Assembly (NCBI GenBank): GCA_003344405.1
Contig: NOWV01000240.1
Location: 62,001-95,613, forward strand
From: Trichoplax sp. H2
Taxonomy: Eukaryota
Direction: 5' to 3'
Length of the DNA: 33,613 nt
Shown here: positions 11,802 through 23,500 of the stretch, one piece after another
Layout of the letters: each line of letters starts with the position of its first letter
How positions within the stretch are numbered: the first letter of the stretch is position 1
Translations under genes and position numbers: made by a program
The notes under the pieces: model-generated
Told to the model about the DNA's origin: nothing
Databases searched by the model: none
Seen by the model: only the letters and a program-made list of their open reading frames with translations

Positions 11802-13149
11802 TTTTGTTTCAAATTGTCCTACCCAAAGTGCTCATGGTGTTGCATGTGTCAAAAATTCTCCATATTCGTCCAGCTAGAACAAGTAATATTCTCTACCATT
11901 TTACTGAAAGACGATAATTGCATTACAGTATTCATCTTATTTCGCTATATATTATTATTATTATATACAGTACGGTGTGTTTATTTTAGTTTCAGATTGC
12001 CAAAATCCTTCTCGAGGTGCTTTAAATAATCAAAAGACCTCGAAATTTCATAACGGTGTGTAAAACTTTTACCTACGGGTACATCTAATAATAATATTGA
12101 ATATAACCATTACTTAATATAGTCTCTTTAATTTAGGAACAAGATTCTGAAAACGAAATAAACACCTTGTACTGTATATATGTGTATATATATTATATAA
12201 CAAAAGTATTGGAGATTGTAAATTGAATGCTAGTTATCTCCATTTTACCATATCTACGTATTACACATAGAGTTAACTCCATGGTATTACATGACTATAC
12301 CACAGTACTTGCAAATAAAGTACTACGCTGTTGGAACGCCTGAAGACCAGTGTTTTGCGATCGTCGACCTAATACTGTAGATTCTACAGTAACGTACATG
12401 CTTTGCAACAGCTACATGTCCAAGGTACAATAGTGTCTATAAAATAGTTCAAAGAAATTGTAACATGCAACATTTTCTTTCTTGTTGGGTACCGTAGTTC
12501 ATGCTTTGCAACAGCTAGAAGTCCAAGAAACAATAGCTTCTATAAAATAGCTCAAAGAAATTTGTAACATGCAACACTTGCTTTCTTGTAGGGTACCGTA
12601 GTTCATGGTCTCATNNNNNNNNNNNNNNNNNNNNTTTTGTTTCAAATTGTCCTACCCAAAGTGCTCATGGTGTTGCATGTGTCAAAAATTCTCCATATTC
12701 GTCCAGCTAGAACAAGTAATATTCTCTACCATTTTACTGAAAGACGATAATTGCATTACAGTATTCATCTTATTTCGCTATATATTATTATTATACAGTA
12801 TACAGTACGGTGTGTTTATTTTAGTTTCAGTTTGCCAAAATCCTTCTCGAGGTGCTTTAAATAATCAAAAGACCTCGAAATTTCATAACGGTGTGTAAAA
12901 CTTTTACCTACGGGTACATCTAATAATAATATTTAATATAACCATTACTTAATATAGTCTCTTTAATAGTGTCTATAAAATAGTTCAAAGAAATTGTAAC
13001 ATGCAACGTTTTCTTTCTTGTTGGTACCGTAGTTCATACTTTGCAATAGCTAGAAGTCCAAGGTACAATAGCTTCTATAAAATAGCTCAAAGAAATTTGT
13101 AACATGCAACACTTGCTTTCTTGTAGGGTACCGTAGTTCATGGTCTCAT
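11802..13149. repeat. Near-identical duplicated segment on either side of a 20-N assembly gap (11802-12614 vs 12635-13149)
   Basis: Both copies start TTTTGTTTCAAATTGTCC and end GTTCATGGTCTCAT. Ns occupy 12615-12634. Copy 2 lacks 12133-12431 and differs by scattered SNPs and small indels. Confidence 0.9.
12397..12607. repeat. Two-copy ~103-bp tandem repeat
   Basis: CATGCTTTGCAACAGCTA...GGTACCGTAGTT at 12397-12499 and 12500-12603; seen again in the duplicated copy at ~12965-13142. Confidence 0.85.
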
Positions 13150-13865
13150 TAAACACACTTTTCAATGCATTATCCAGAATATCTGGAGATATGTAGTGTA
13201 CTGTAGGTTACTACGAGTACTGCATCCTGGTCTCATTAAATTTCAAGTAAGATAGCAATACTACAGCATTAGATAATTTCGCATTGGCAGCATCACACTG
13301 TCCTGAAATAACGGTATACTGTATCACTCTAAAAATGAATATACAGTACTTTAGTACAGTACAATGCACATCCACTCATACACAATATTCATCCTGCCTG
13401 ATTAATTCATTTATTTATCAATCATCCGATTAAGTTAACTAAGCATCTTTTACTGTACAGTATAGCAATGGATACGAATTTTCAAACATTTCTGATTGTA
13501 ATGTTACTGTTACTGTTAGTCACAATATTGAAGGCTGTGCGCATTTAATATGCCTGTAAAACTTATCAACATAATTTATCTTAGCAAAGAGATGCCACAG
13601 AGTACCCTTTTGCAAACCAAATACAGTACTATAAATAAGATTGAAAAGCCTTGAAAGAGTTGCTCGAGTTTGCAGCTTGTAATATACAAAATTGACAATA
13701 ACCGCAAAAATGTTACCATTACGAATTGCTGATTCGGATGTGCAGAATGTAGCCTAATCTAGTTACAATTAACATTGTATACTACTGAACTACATTTCCA
13801 ATACTGTATTGACTTAATACGAGTATTACAGCAAAATAGAGTAGAGTTTATCATTATACCACGTA

Positions 13866-16136
13866 TTACAAAGCATTGTTGTCATTTCCTGCAGATGCAA
13901 GTCTTGCTATATTTCGAGAAGGCCATTTTCGATATTTAAAAATAAAAAATATAATCATAGTTGCAGCTAAAGTACATAATACCGCAAATTGTATGTATGT
14001 AGCAAGCATGTATGAACGGCTAACACATGTTTCTGGCATGGTCGAATTTTCTGGCGATGAATTATTAACAGAGGCTAATTGAGGCCATAAATCATTCCAA
14101 AAAGCTACATAGTCAGCACGAGGTGCCTTCTGGACACCAAGAGTTGAAGCTAGTTGCAAACATCTTTTACTTTTAGAGTCATACCTAGGCCATGTAATGC
14201 CATTGACTGGCGTGGATGTGGGATTTCTAGACATTAAAGCAACGTCATGTTGATTTATTAGTACCACCTAGATAAATTTGCGAGAACAACATCTCCGGTG
14301 ATAAAACACCTGCCTATTCAATCTATCCTATTTTCTAGCAATGATATATTCGTTGACAGTAAAGAGCTTTACAGTACTGTAGTATACAGTATTACTATTA
14401 ATGATTATAATCAAGATAGGGCATTGAGCACGGTCATCACTATAGAGTAAAATCTAAATAATCAATGGAAAGATTGTTCAGTAATTTGTTCGCTATTCAT
14501 TATAGTAAATACGCGTACATCTAGTAGTCCCTTCATCGTTATCGTACTTTGAACTTTGATGATTTAAACATGTGACAACCTCATCATTCATTACAGCCTA
14601 AACTTACCCGGATGCAACGAAATTTGACCATAGATTAATCATTACTCTGCTTAATTTCATATCCTCGCTGGTGTACGAATTACCCTTATGAGACAAATTT
14701 AACATTGGGTAACCAAAAATATACGGTATTTCCATAGAATGTACAACGCCAACATGAGGTGGGAAGTAGCCAGAGTTGATTATTTTATGATTGAATTGGT
14801 AAAAATAGGTTACGATGCCATTATCAGACATTTTGTTTAACGTGTATGCCATTGGTGAATTAAATATTCTGTCGGTGAAAAGATCCGATGTCATTCGCAA
14901 GTTATTGGCAGGAGACGTTACGTTTGACCAAGCAGTGTAACGATAGATGACGACTGATCGAGCAGCTTGGCTTGCATTGGGAAATTCTCGATTGATATAA
15001 TTGAAGAACATCTGGCGAGGCATACCATTATTTAATTGCGGAATTAGAGCAATGAATAAGTCCCCTTCATTTTTTAACACTCCACCAATTACCTTGACGT
15101 TTTTATTTTTCAAAGTACCAGCCTTGAACAGCCTTTTTGGATCGTCGCTAATTAACGTCCCATCGACGACGATTCTGTAAGCTTCGCTAAGGCCCAAGAT
15201 AGTACTAGTTTTACCTTGAATAGAAATAATATCGCCAATAGGCAGATTACGTAAACAGCTTAGAATGTTTTGATTTGAGGCAGATATGTCGCAGGTTGTA
15301 CGAGACAGAAAATTTTTGTAAGCTTGGCTAGTTGATTTAAGATCTGGATAATATAACGTAGGCAGTACAGGTGAGCCCCCAGCCATGATGCCTTGTCTAT
15401 AAAGCGTCTCTTGCATTGGTGTTGTTGTAATAAACAGACCAACCGATGCAGCGCCTGCAGAGTGACCGCTAATGGTAACACGCTGAGGATCGCCACCAAA
15501 TTGGGCTATATTTTGTTGTACCCAACGAAATACTGCTTGTTGATCATGCAAGCCAAGGTTTGGAGTTATAATAGGCATACCATTACGATCCATTCCAGTC
15601 AAAAAACCGAGCACACCACGACGGTAGTCAAAGGTTACTACAACCATATTACCTAAAGTGGCCAACGCTTCACCATTCCACCAGGCCGCATTGCCCATTC
15701 CTAGTGAGCCACTATGGATCCATACCAGTACAGGTAGCTTGGATGCTCCTACCTTAGGTGTGAAAACATTTAAATACAGGCAGTCTTCATTTTGGCTTCC
15801 TATTACGTCCGTGAAATTGGCAAAATTGAGACTATAGCAAAGATTGGGTACAGTCTTGGCTTGGAGCACATTGTTCCATTTCATCACCGGCGTGGGTAGA
15901 TGAAATCGTAACTGGCCCACAGGTGGGTTTGCATAAGGTATTCCTAAGAAAATAGCGCAATCTTTATTTTCTACTTGGACCATGGTACCTTCTACTTTAC
16001 CTGCGTTTGTATCTACTGTGACAGATCCATTTTCGGCCACAGAACCGCTCATAAAGAAAGCGATTAAAGTAATGATCAGTGTCAATTGCATATTTTGAAC
16101 TGGTTTCATCGGATTGCCTAAGGACCTTTTATCCAT
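13866..16136 (-). CDS. Type-B carboxylesterase/cholinesterase-family type-I membrane protein, paralog C (~614-629 aa)
   Basis: Exons 16136-14608 and 14226-13866; the true start may be the ATG at 16109 or 16091, just before the signal peptide. A phase-2 GT-AG intron gives FVASG-NPT..WPRY. The triad motifs GHSAG, GVLKNEG and GVVHSME are intact. TM helix YIQFAVLCTLAATMIIFFIF is followed by KYRK. Confidence 0.92.
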
Positions 16137-18663
16137 CGAATTTCCAACTGCCTAGGGAAAATTGTGAAATACTTCTGCAAAATTCCCAATGTATTGTTTT
16201 GCATATTGTCGATTACATTTGAACTGATACGGTATTGTACGGTACTGTACACTGTAGAGGACAGTGCAAAACACTGTACTGTACAATACCGTCACTCAAT
16301 AAGAACGAGTACAGTACAACTTACTGTACTGTACAGTACTCAGTACTGTACTCTATTGGCAAATGGCAATCTGCCGTCTTGCCTCGGAGCTAGACCTGAC
16401 GGCTGGCTCTAGCAACTACGTGATAAAAGAAAGAATGATAATTACGTAATTAAATTAGGGTTCCTAATAATATTGTATATCGCATGAATATGAGTATGAA
16501 CTTGCTACACTTTCTTGTTTATCGTAATAATAATTCAATAGTCCAGTAGGGCTTGAGCACTGAACAATCACGAGTCCAATAGAGATTAAGTACCGAACTA
16601 ACTTTATTATGCATTAGGAGCCGTTATACTGTATATAAGAGACAATTACCAGTAATGTGCAATAACGGACATGCCATGAATGTTAACGACAATCTTATCT
16701 TATTCATAATAAGATAACAACTTATTTTCCTAGATATGCTATCTAGGACTTAATCGTCATCATTACAGAACAACTGCAGAAATATACTGTACTGGAATAA
16801 ACAGGCTTATTCAATATGATAGATCTTAGCGATACTATGTCTACAACAACGATATTATTTCGTAACAGAACTATTTAAAGAAAACCATGTATTTACTGTT
16901 ATATACAGTAGATGACAGTATCGCTAAAACCCTTATATATCATACAGTTCGTATTGCGGTACAAATTTCATTTTTATCATCTACATGCGGGATTTACAGT
17001 ACAACTGTATCACATTGATATATCTAAGCCATTTAGCAGTTTCGTTCAGGCATACCTGGCTCTTTAAAATACTGTACACTGTACAGTAGCTACGGCACTG
17101 TATAGTGGGAAAACGAAGCTCAACTTTTATGACTAGTGATGAATTTTGAAAATTTAGGCTGTTGTGAATGTAATTGATTTGACAGTACACATACACCCAG
17201 TAGTCAATACAATATTATCTCTATCGCCCTAGAGGCACTGTTGAACTTAATGTACTGTTTTGCATTTATACGTGTACAGTATATATACAGTACAGTATAC
17301 GCGTATGCTATATGTACAGTACTGTATATGCGTGGATGTAAGTTAGGCATGTAATCTTTTTAAGATGTAGTACAGGATGATTTTGCAGTTTTGTTTTAAA
17401 ATACTATCTGTAAGTACAGTAACCTCAACTGTGGATTGTTCATTGAATTGCAGGTGGCCTCATCACTTTTCAGCAGATGGATGTACCTTAGGCGTGAAAC
17501 GATCACATTTACGTGTTATAGAACTATGCATTAAAAGTGGTGGAATTACTGTACTGTGCCGACTTTAAGTAGTGTATATTAAAGCGTAAAGGTGATAGTT
17601 TGATTAATAATACTCTACATATATAATCAACTAGTCGACCCCCCCTACTTCTGATGCTTAGCTTTATTTATTTATTTATTTTAGACGGTAGAATGCACTA
17701 CATGCATATGATCGTCTCAAGTTAATGCTACACTCTACAGTAGTTTAAAGTTATTGATCTTGAAGAAATTTATTACCGTAGTATAGCCCCTAGGGGAGCA
17801 ATTAAATAATACACTCGGACAGGACTACTAATATTTCAATCTTATAATTTATTGATCTACTGAAACATTTTACTTTTAGGATAGAAGTGGCACAAACGTG
17901 AATAATTACAGCCACTTTGTATTCCTGTTCAACTATAATGTAACTTTCATTGCATGGGGAAATAGACTAAACTCCAGGTCCTATTATATAAGCACATCTT
18001 ATACTCGTATACAGCTCAGCGCTATTAAAATTGAATCTTTATTAGCTTATTTCTGAGGTTTATTCTAGTCAAAAAAGTAACGTAATCTAACTTGCAGTCT
18101 CTGTCATCAAAATTGCTGAAATTCATCCTTTTCCTGAGATTAGAATTTCGGATTTATTATCATTTTATGGTAGTATACTATCGGATGTTCTTTTAATGAG
18201 TTCATATTCGGTTGCAGTTAGTATTAGATCGAAGTAGTTTACAAGAGAAATAAAGTTTAAACCTCCATTGGCGTCGCTTGAATATTTCAAGATTGCTACC
18301 TTAAATAAAAGGGCATTACTGTATACAGTACACCGTAGATCGCGATTAATGATTTAACTACTGCATTACAACATTATACCGCGTATGTTTGTACAACATG
18401 ATATTTATCTATATCGCCGAATGGTGTAAAACTGTCCAAATCATATGCAATAGAGTAGTTGAGACAGTAGGAGACAAACGAAGACTGCCATCGGCTACTG
18501 TATCAAAATTTTCTGAAAAAAATATACTTAATAGCGGTATCGAATAGTATAGTACAATATTGGTTTGAATTTCCAGTCCAAATATTTATCGCCAGTAATG
18601 TAATGAGCGCCTAGGTTTTTTAAGGCAAAGGCAAAACTGGTGAGTTAAAATAACTCGTCAGTA

Positions 18664-20233
18664 CTACTTTCCAGAATCTTTGTCATCACTACTCTCTTTA
18701 CCAGAGTCCAATTTCCTCTTTCTCCTTTCCAGTGCTGCGGCAGTTACCGCTTTTTGACGCTGTTCGGCCTTTTCCGTCAGTTCTACCAGACGGCCATCCT
18801 TGGCCAAGCACTTTAGTAGTTGCACAATCATTGGTAGATAATTATGGTCTCGCTTTGCATGCTCAATTTTGTATCGCAGACGTTTTTCTTCTTCTACTCG
18901 TAGTTGATGATTAGCTTCATTCATCTTGAGTTCAACCTATATTATCACCAGTGATATCAAAAATTATTCATAGCGATTACAGTATATAACAGGACTATGC
19001 AAGCATTAATACTTAGTGATATCAGGTAATTTATTGATAATTAATTCATAAAATAAGGGCATACAGTAGCATATTCATTTTTTAACTTGAGATAAGCTTC
19101 GGTGTCTTTTTTTGTATCCAATTTGGATAATTTCCCTTCCAGATCGGATAAATTAGATTGTAACTTTTCTAGATCTGCTTCCAATTTCATTTTGTGATCT
19201 GATACTACTGCCATCAAATTAAATCGAATCTCGCCGGTTGCATAGCTTGTCATCCGAGATTCCAAAATTGGCTTTACTGCTGTAATCCAATCCTCACCGC
19301 ATTTGCCTAAATCGATTGGTCCGTCTTTTAATCCATCCAGCTCATATAGACGTCCGTTAATAGGTACATAGGCTACAAAGTGGAAAGCTTCTTCAGACTT
19401 ATTGGATGAGTTCTCGAATTCAAACATTTGTTGTCTAGCAAAGCTGAACCGTTAATAGAAGCAGTATAAACATTATAAGTTAGATGTTCCATGGGGATCG
19501 CAGTAAATTTTGCTATCGTTATTGCAAGGACGTAGACGAGAAAGACAGTATATTAGGAATGTTTAAGAGTTACGAGCGAGATCTGAGATCTGCTTGACAT
19601 ATTCTTAGTGTTATCTACATAACTTCTTACCTGTTGTGCACCTGTCTTATAATATCCATATTACTTAAACTCAAGCCACGCATTGTCGGATCAAAATCAG
19701 CACTAAATTCCTTGAACTTGTATAACATCTCTCCTAACTGGACGTCTTTGTGGTTACAGTTTAGTAATACACTTAGGACGGCTTGAGTTGCACATGCATT
19801 GTTAATTACCTATTGAAAATTAAAATTGGAAATTCCATGTTAAGTACATACCATGTTACTTATGATTTCGATAGTATACTGTGGTATTAAGGAGAGAATT
19901 AGCTAAGAAAGAGTGATACGTTATGATTTGTCTTCACTAAATATCATATTTAATGCAAGTTCAATCGAAAGTGTCTTTGTTCTTGACCTGTTTGGCAAAG
20001 TAGATTTGTCGAGAATCTTGCACCAGAGAACCTACAGTTTCTTCACCGGGGCGCCATTTGAATAGAAATACCAAACCATGAATTGGCTTCAATTTCTCAA
20101 ATTCTTCTTTCTCTAGGGACCATAACTCTTCAACTTGTACTCCAGTAACACCAAAACCCTTTATGAGTTCGGTAAAGATGCGAGGATCACTATCAATCAG
20201 GCACCAATTTCCGGCACCGTCATCGTCAGCCAT
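18664..20233 (-). CDS. UCHL5: Ubiquitin C-terminal hydrolase L5 (UCH37), peptidase C12 with ULD tail (~358 aa)
   Basis: Exons 20233-19988, 19809-19631, 19443-19065 and 18936-18664, all GT-AG with consistent phases. Motifs: WCLIDSDP, HGLVFLFKW, FAKQVINNACATQA (catalytic Cys), AFHFVAYVP (His), LYELDG (Asp), EIRFNLMAVV, HNYLPMIVQLLK. Confidence 0.95.
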
Positions 20234-20554
20234 GATAGAAGCTTTGTTCAATTTGTAGTATGTTCTACCCGGGACTTCTCTTACTACTATGGATAGTATA
20301 GAAGTTCATGGTGCGCGCTTCTACAATACTCCTCGCTTTGCGCACGCGCACCATGCCAACGGTAACTTACTAGTACAGTAACTGAACTGTAACAGTTCAT
20401 GGTCCTAATGGTACGATACCGTACCGTACGGTACCGTGCAGTGCAGTACCGTACGGTACTGGAACTGTTCTGCTCTCGTTGACGATCACATGATGAGAAG
20501 AGCAAGCAACTACTTCTTACTCTATACTAGTTAAGTATACAAGCGAAGGCAATC
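20234..20554. promoter_or_regulatory. Compact bidirectional promoter/5'UTR region shared by UCHL5 and RagC/D
   Basis: Only 321 bp separate the divergent ATGs. The region is locally GC/CpG-richer and contains TGCGCACGCGCA (20339-20350), the palindrome AGTACCGTACGGTACT (20445-20460) and TCACATGA (20486-20493). Confidence 0.75.
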
Positions 20555-23500
20555 ATGGCTGATGATCATGATCAAGAAGTATGTCTTTATTCGTCGCTAG
20601 TTGCGCTTATACAAGCTATTTTATGTATCAAAAGTACATTTCTTTGTAGAAGAGACCATTGAGATTATAGTATTATTGAACATACATTGATATTGCATCT
20701 ATTTTTGACAGACACTGGATGCGGAAATAAGATATGGTAGCTATGCTATTGGCTCTTTTCCAAGAGAATTTGGGTAAGTCAGTAGTCAGACTCATGTTTT
20801 AGTACAGGAGTAATAGTAGTTCATGTTTTCCTTGAATACATGCACTTTGTTAGAAGTAGATGCTAGCAGTGATAGAGGTTATTGCAACAGGCTTAAAGTA
20901 TTGTAATTGCTTTATTTTGCTGGTATAGATTGGCTGGTGAAGTGGAAGACAACCTCAAAGGGATTGAAGATAACGATTTACCCAGAATTTTGTTGATGGG
21001 TTTAAGAAGGTAAGATGACAGTCGTACTTATTTCTAGCTATTTTCTCCATTCATTTTGATAGATCATGTAATAAATGGATAGTGAGGAGGTACATTAGGT
21101 ATAAAGACTTACAGTATTATTGCTGCTGTGCTTACCTTGATTATCTCACTTGAAATGATGATGTATCGTTGTATATAATTTGTTTGCATAACTTATCCTA
21201 CGTACAATTCGATTGATAGGATTATCATCATACCAGCCATATTATGTGGAAAACTAATTTTTATCACGACATAATCTTATCATTATAGAAGTGGAAAGTC
21301 ATCTATACAAAAAGTTGTCTTCCATAAAATGGCTCCAAATGAGACTCTCTTTCTGGAAAGTACCAATAAAATTGTTAAAGATGGTATGTCCATTTGGATA
21401 GATTACAATATCGGTATCAGTACTTTTTTGATAGCCTATGATCGTAATTAAGAGTATGTCTCTCCAAATAAGCAGTAGAAAATGTGATTGAAATAGCTAT
21501 AAAATGGATACAATTTACATGCTAAGTAATTGATCCAATGTACATTTTAAATATTTGATATATACTTGAACGTAACATTCTATATAATTGATGGTATCAC
21601 ATGTTTATCAATGATTAATTATATAGATCTATCCAGCTCATCATTTATAAAATTTCAGGTACTATAGATAGCAACGTAACATACGTACGTGTATATGCCA
21701 TGAGCATTTTTGGATTATACAAATTAATGCCGATTACTAAGAATCAACAATGTATTATTTTCTAGATATGGGATTTTCCAGGCCAAATAGATTATTTCGA
21801 TTCAGCTTTCGATGCCGAATCGATTTTTGGTAATTGTGGAGCCTTAATATTTGTAATTGATTCGCAGGCAAGTTCAAGTAATTTAGTATCAATTTATATT
21901 AATTGCTTTACTTTTATTCTCGCATATACTGTCTACCTATATAGTGTTATATCCTCAACAAGTTTGTTTCCCATAAGTTATAATTTCACATTAATTCAGT
22001 ACTACCGACTGCATAATACCATCAAAAATAGTTGAAGAATTAAAATAAGTCTTTTTCTTTCTTTTAGGATGATTACTCTGAGGCGTTGAATAGATTGAAC
22101 ACTACAGTCATAAAAGCTCATAAGGTATGCCACTGTTAGCATGTACTTGAGTTTTATGACAAAATTGAATGAATGAATTATTTTGTTTTTTTGAGCTAAT
22201 CTTGTACACCATTATCGTCAATCGATTATAGTTGAGCTTCTGTACTGTATTGTACCTATCGAAACTAAAATGGTCTTTATCGCATTTAGGTCAACCCAGA
22301 CATCAAATTTGAAGTATTTATTCATAAAGTTGACGGACTCTCAGATGATCATAAGATTGGTCAGTTCATATCTAATAGCGCTAACAACTCTTTTAATATA
22401 ATAATGCTATCAAGTAAATGAATACATTTGGTGATGTTTTTATTATAGAGGTACAGCGTGATATCCATCAACGCGCCACTGGAGATATGGAAGATGCGAG
22501 TTTGGAGTCAATTCATTTGAGGTTACTTATGCTGATGTTGTTACAAAATCTAGGAAAACAATGCGCTTGCGTATTATTATTCTGTCTATTAATAACACAA
22601 CGATACTGTTTTAAAGTTAACATGTACGCATTTTTTTTATCCCTTTTATAGTTTCTATCTAACAAGTATATATGATCACTCGATATTTGAGGTATTTGGT
22701 GTACTTACTCTTTGAATAATTTGTCAAACTAGCTGTTGATAGAAATTGGAACGATTAGGATATTAGTAAAGCTCTGCATAGAACTTAACGATCATGACAG
22801 TAACAATAAACATTTTTATTGCATAGGCGTTTAGTAAAGTCGTGCAAAAGTTGATAAAGCACTTGGGAACATTGGAAAACTTGCTAAATATTTTCAACTC
22901 TGTAAGTCTGTTTCTTAACACTGATGAATAAGGAGTATCTTATGTCATCTTATTGAATGCATGGCTCTGAATATTTTTAGTCGTATTTAACATGGAAGAG
23001 GGAATATGTTTATGTTTTTCTTTGTAATTATTATTGTTGTAGAATTCTGGTATTGAGAAATCATTTCTATTTGATGTCTGCAGTAAAATTTATATAGCAA
23101 CTGATAGGTATAATAGCTGATTTGCTTTACAAAATTTATAAACATTAGCTATATTCGTGGTGGTTAATCAAATTTCTTATTTTATTAACTCGTCTTTTTA
23201 GCTCTCCAGTAGATATGATCACTTATGAACTTTGTTGTGATATGCTGGATGTAGTTATTGATGTCTCGTGCATATACGGGTAAGAACTAGAAGCCATTAT
23301 AAGACTTTAGTAAAGTGTTTAGTTATTAAGTAAACGAATTTGCGAAATTCTCGCCGCTATCTCTAGTTTGCAAGAAGATCGTGAGGGTAGTGTGTATGAT
23401 CAACGTTCAACTTCTATTATTCAATTAAATAACTCAACGGTATTATATTTGAAGGAGGTTAACAGGTAAAATAATTACTTTTCTATAAGTTGATAAATAG

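Noticed and set aside
11814..12898. Duplicated small ORFs (71 aa and 97 aa, CSWCCMC)
   Set aside because: They arise from the gap-spanning duplicate. One has a non-ATG start, the other runs through Ns, their C-termini differ by frameshift, and no domain is recognisable.
1506..16136. Naming the esterases acetylcholinesterase or neuroligin
   Set aside because: The first disulfide loops are short (21, 15 and 18 aa) and lack the choline-binding Trp of AChE. All three keep the nucleophile Ser, unlike neuroligins. Orthology needs a phylogeny.
20222..20566. 14/15-bp inverted match at the UCHL5 and Rag start codons (ATCATGGCTGA[C/T]GAT)
   Set aside because: Explained by a shared initiation context plus similar M-A-D-D N-termini; no extended inverted repeat.
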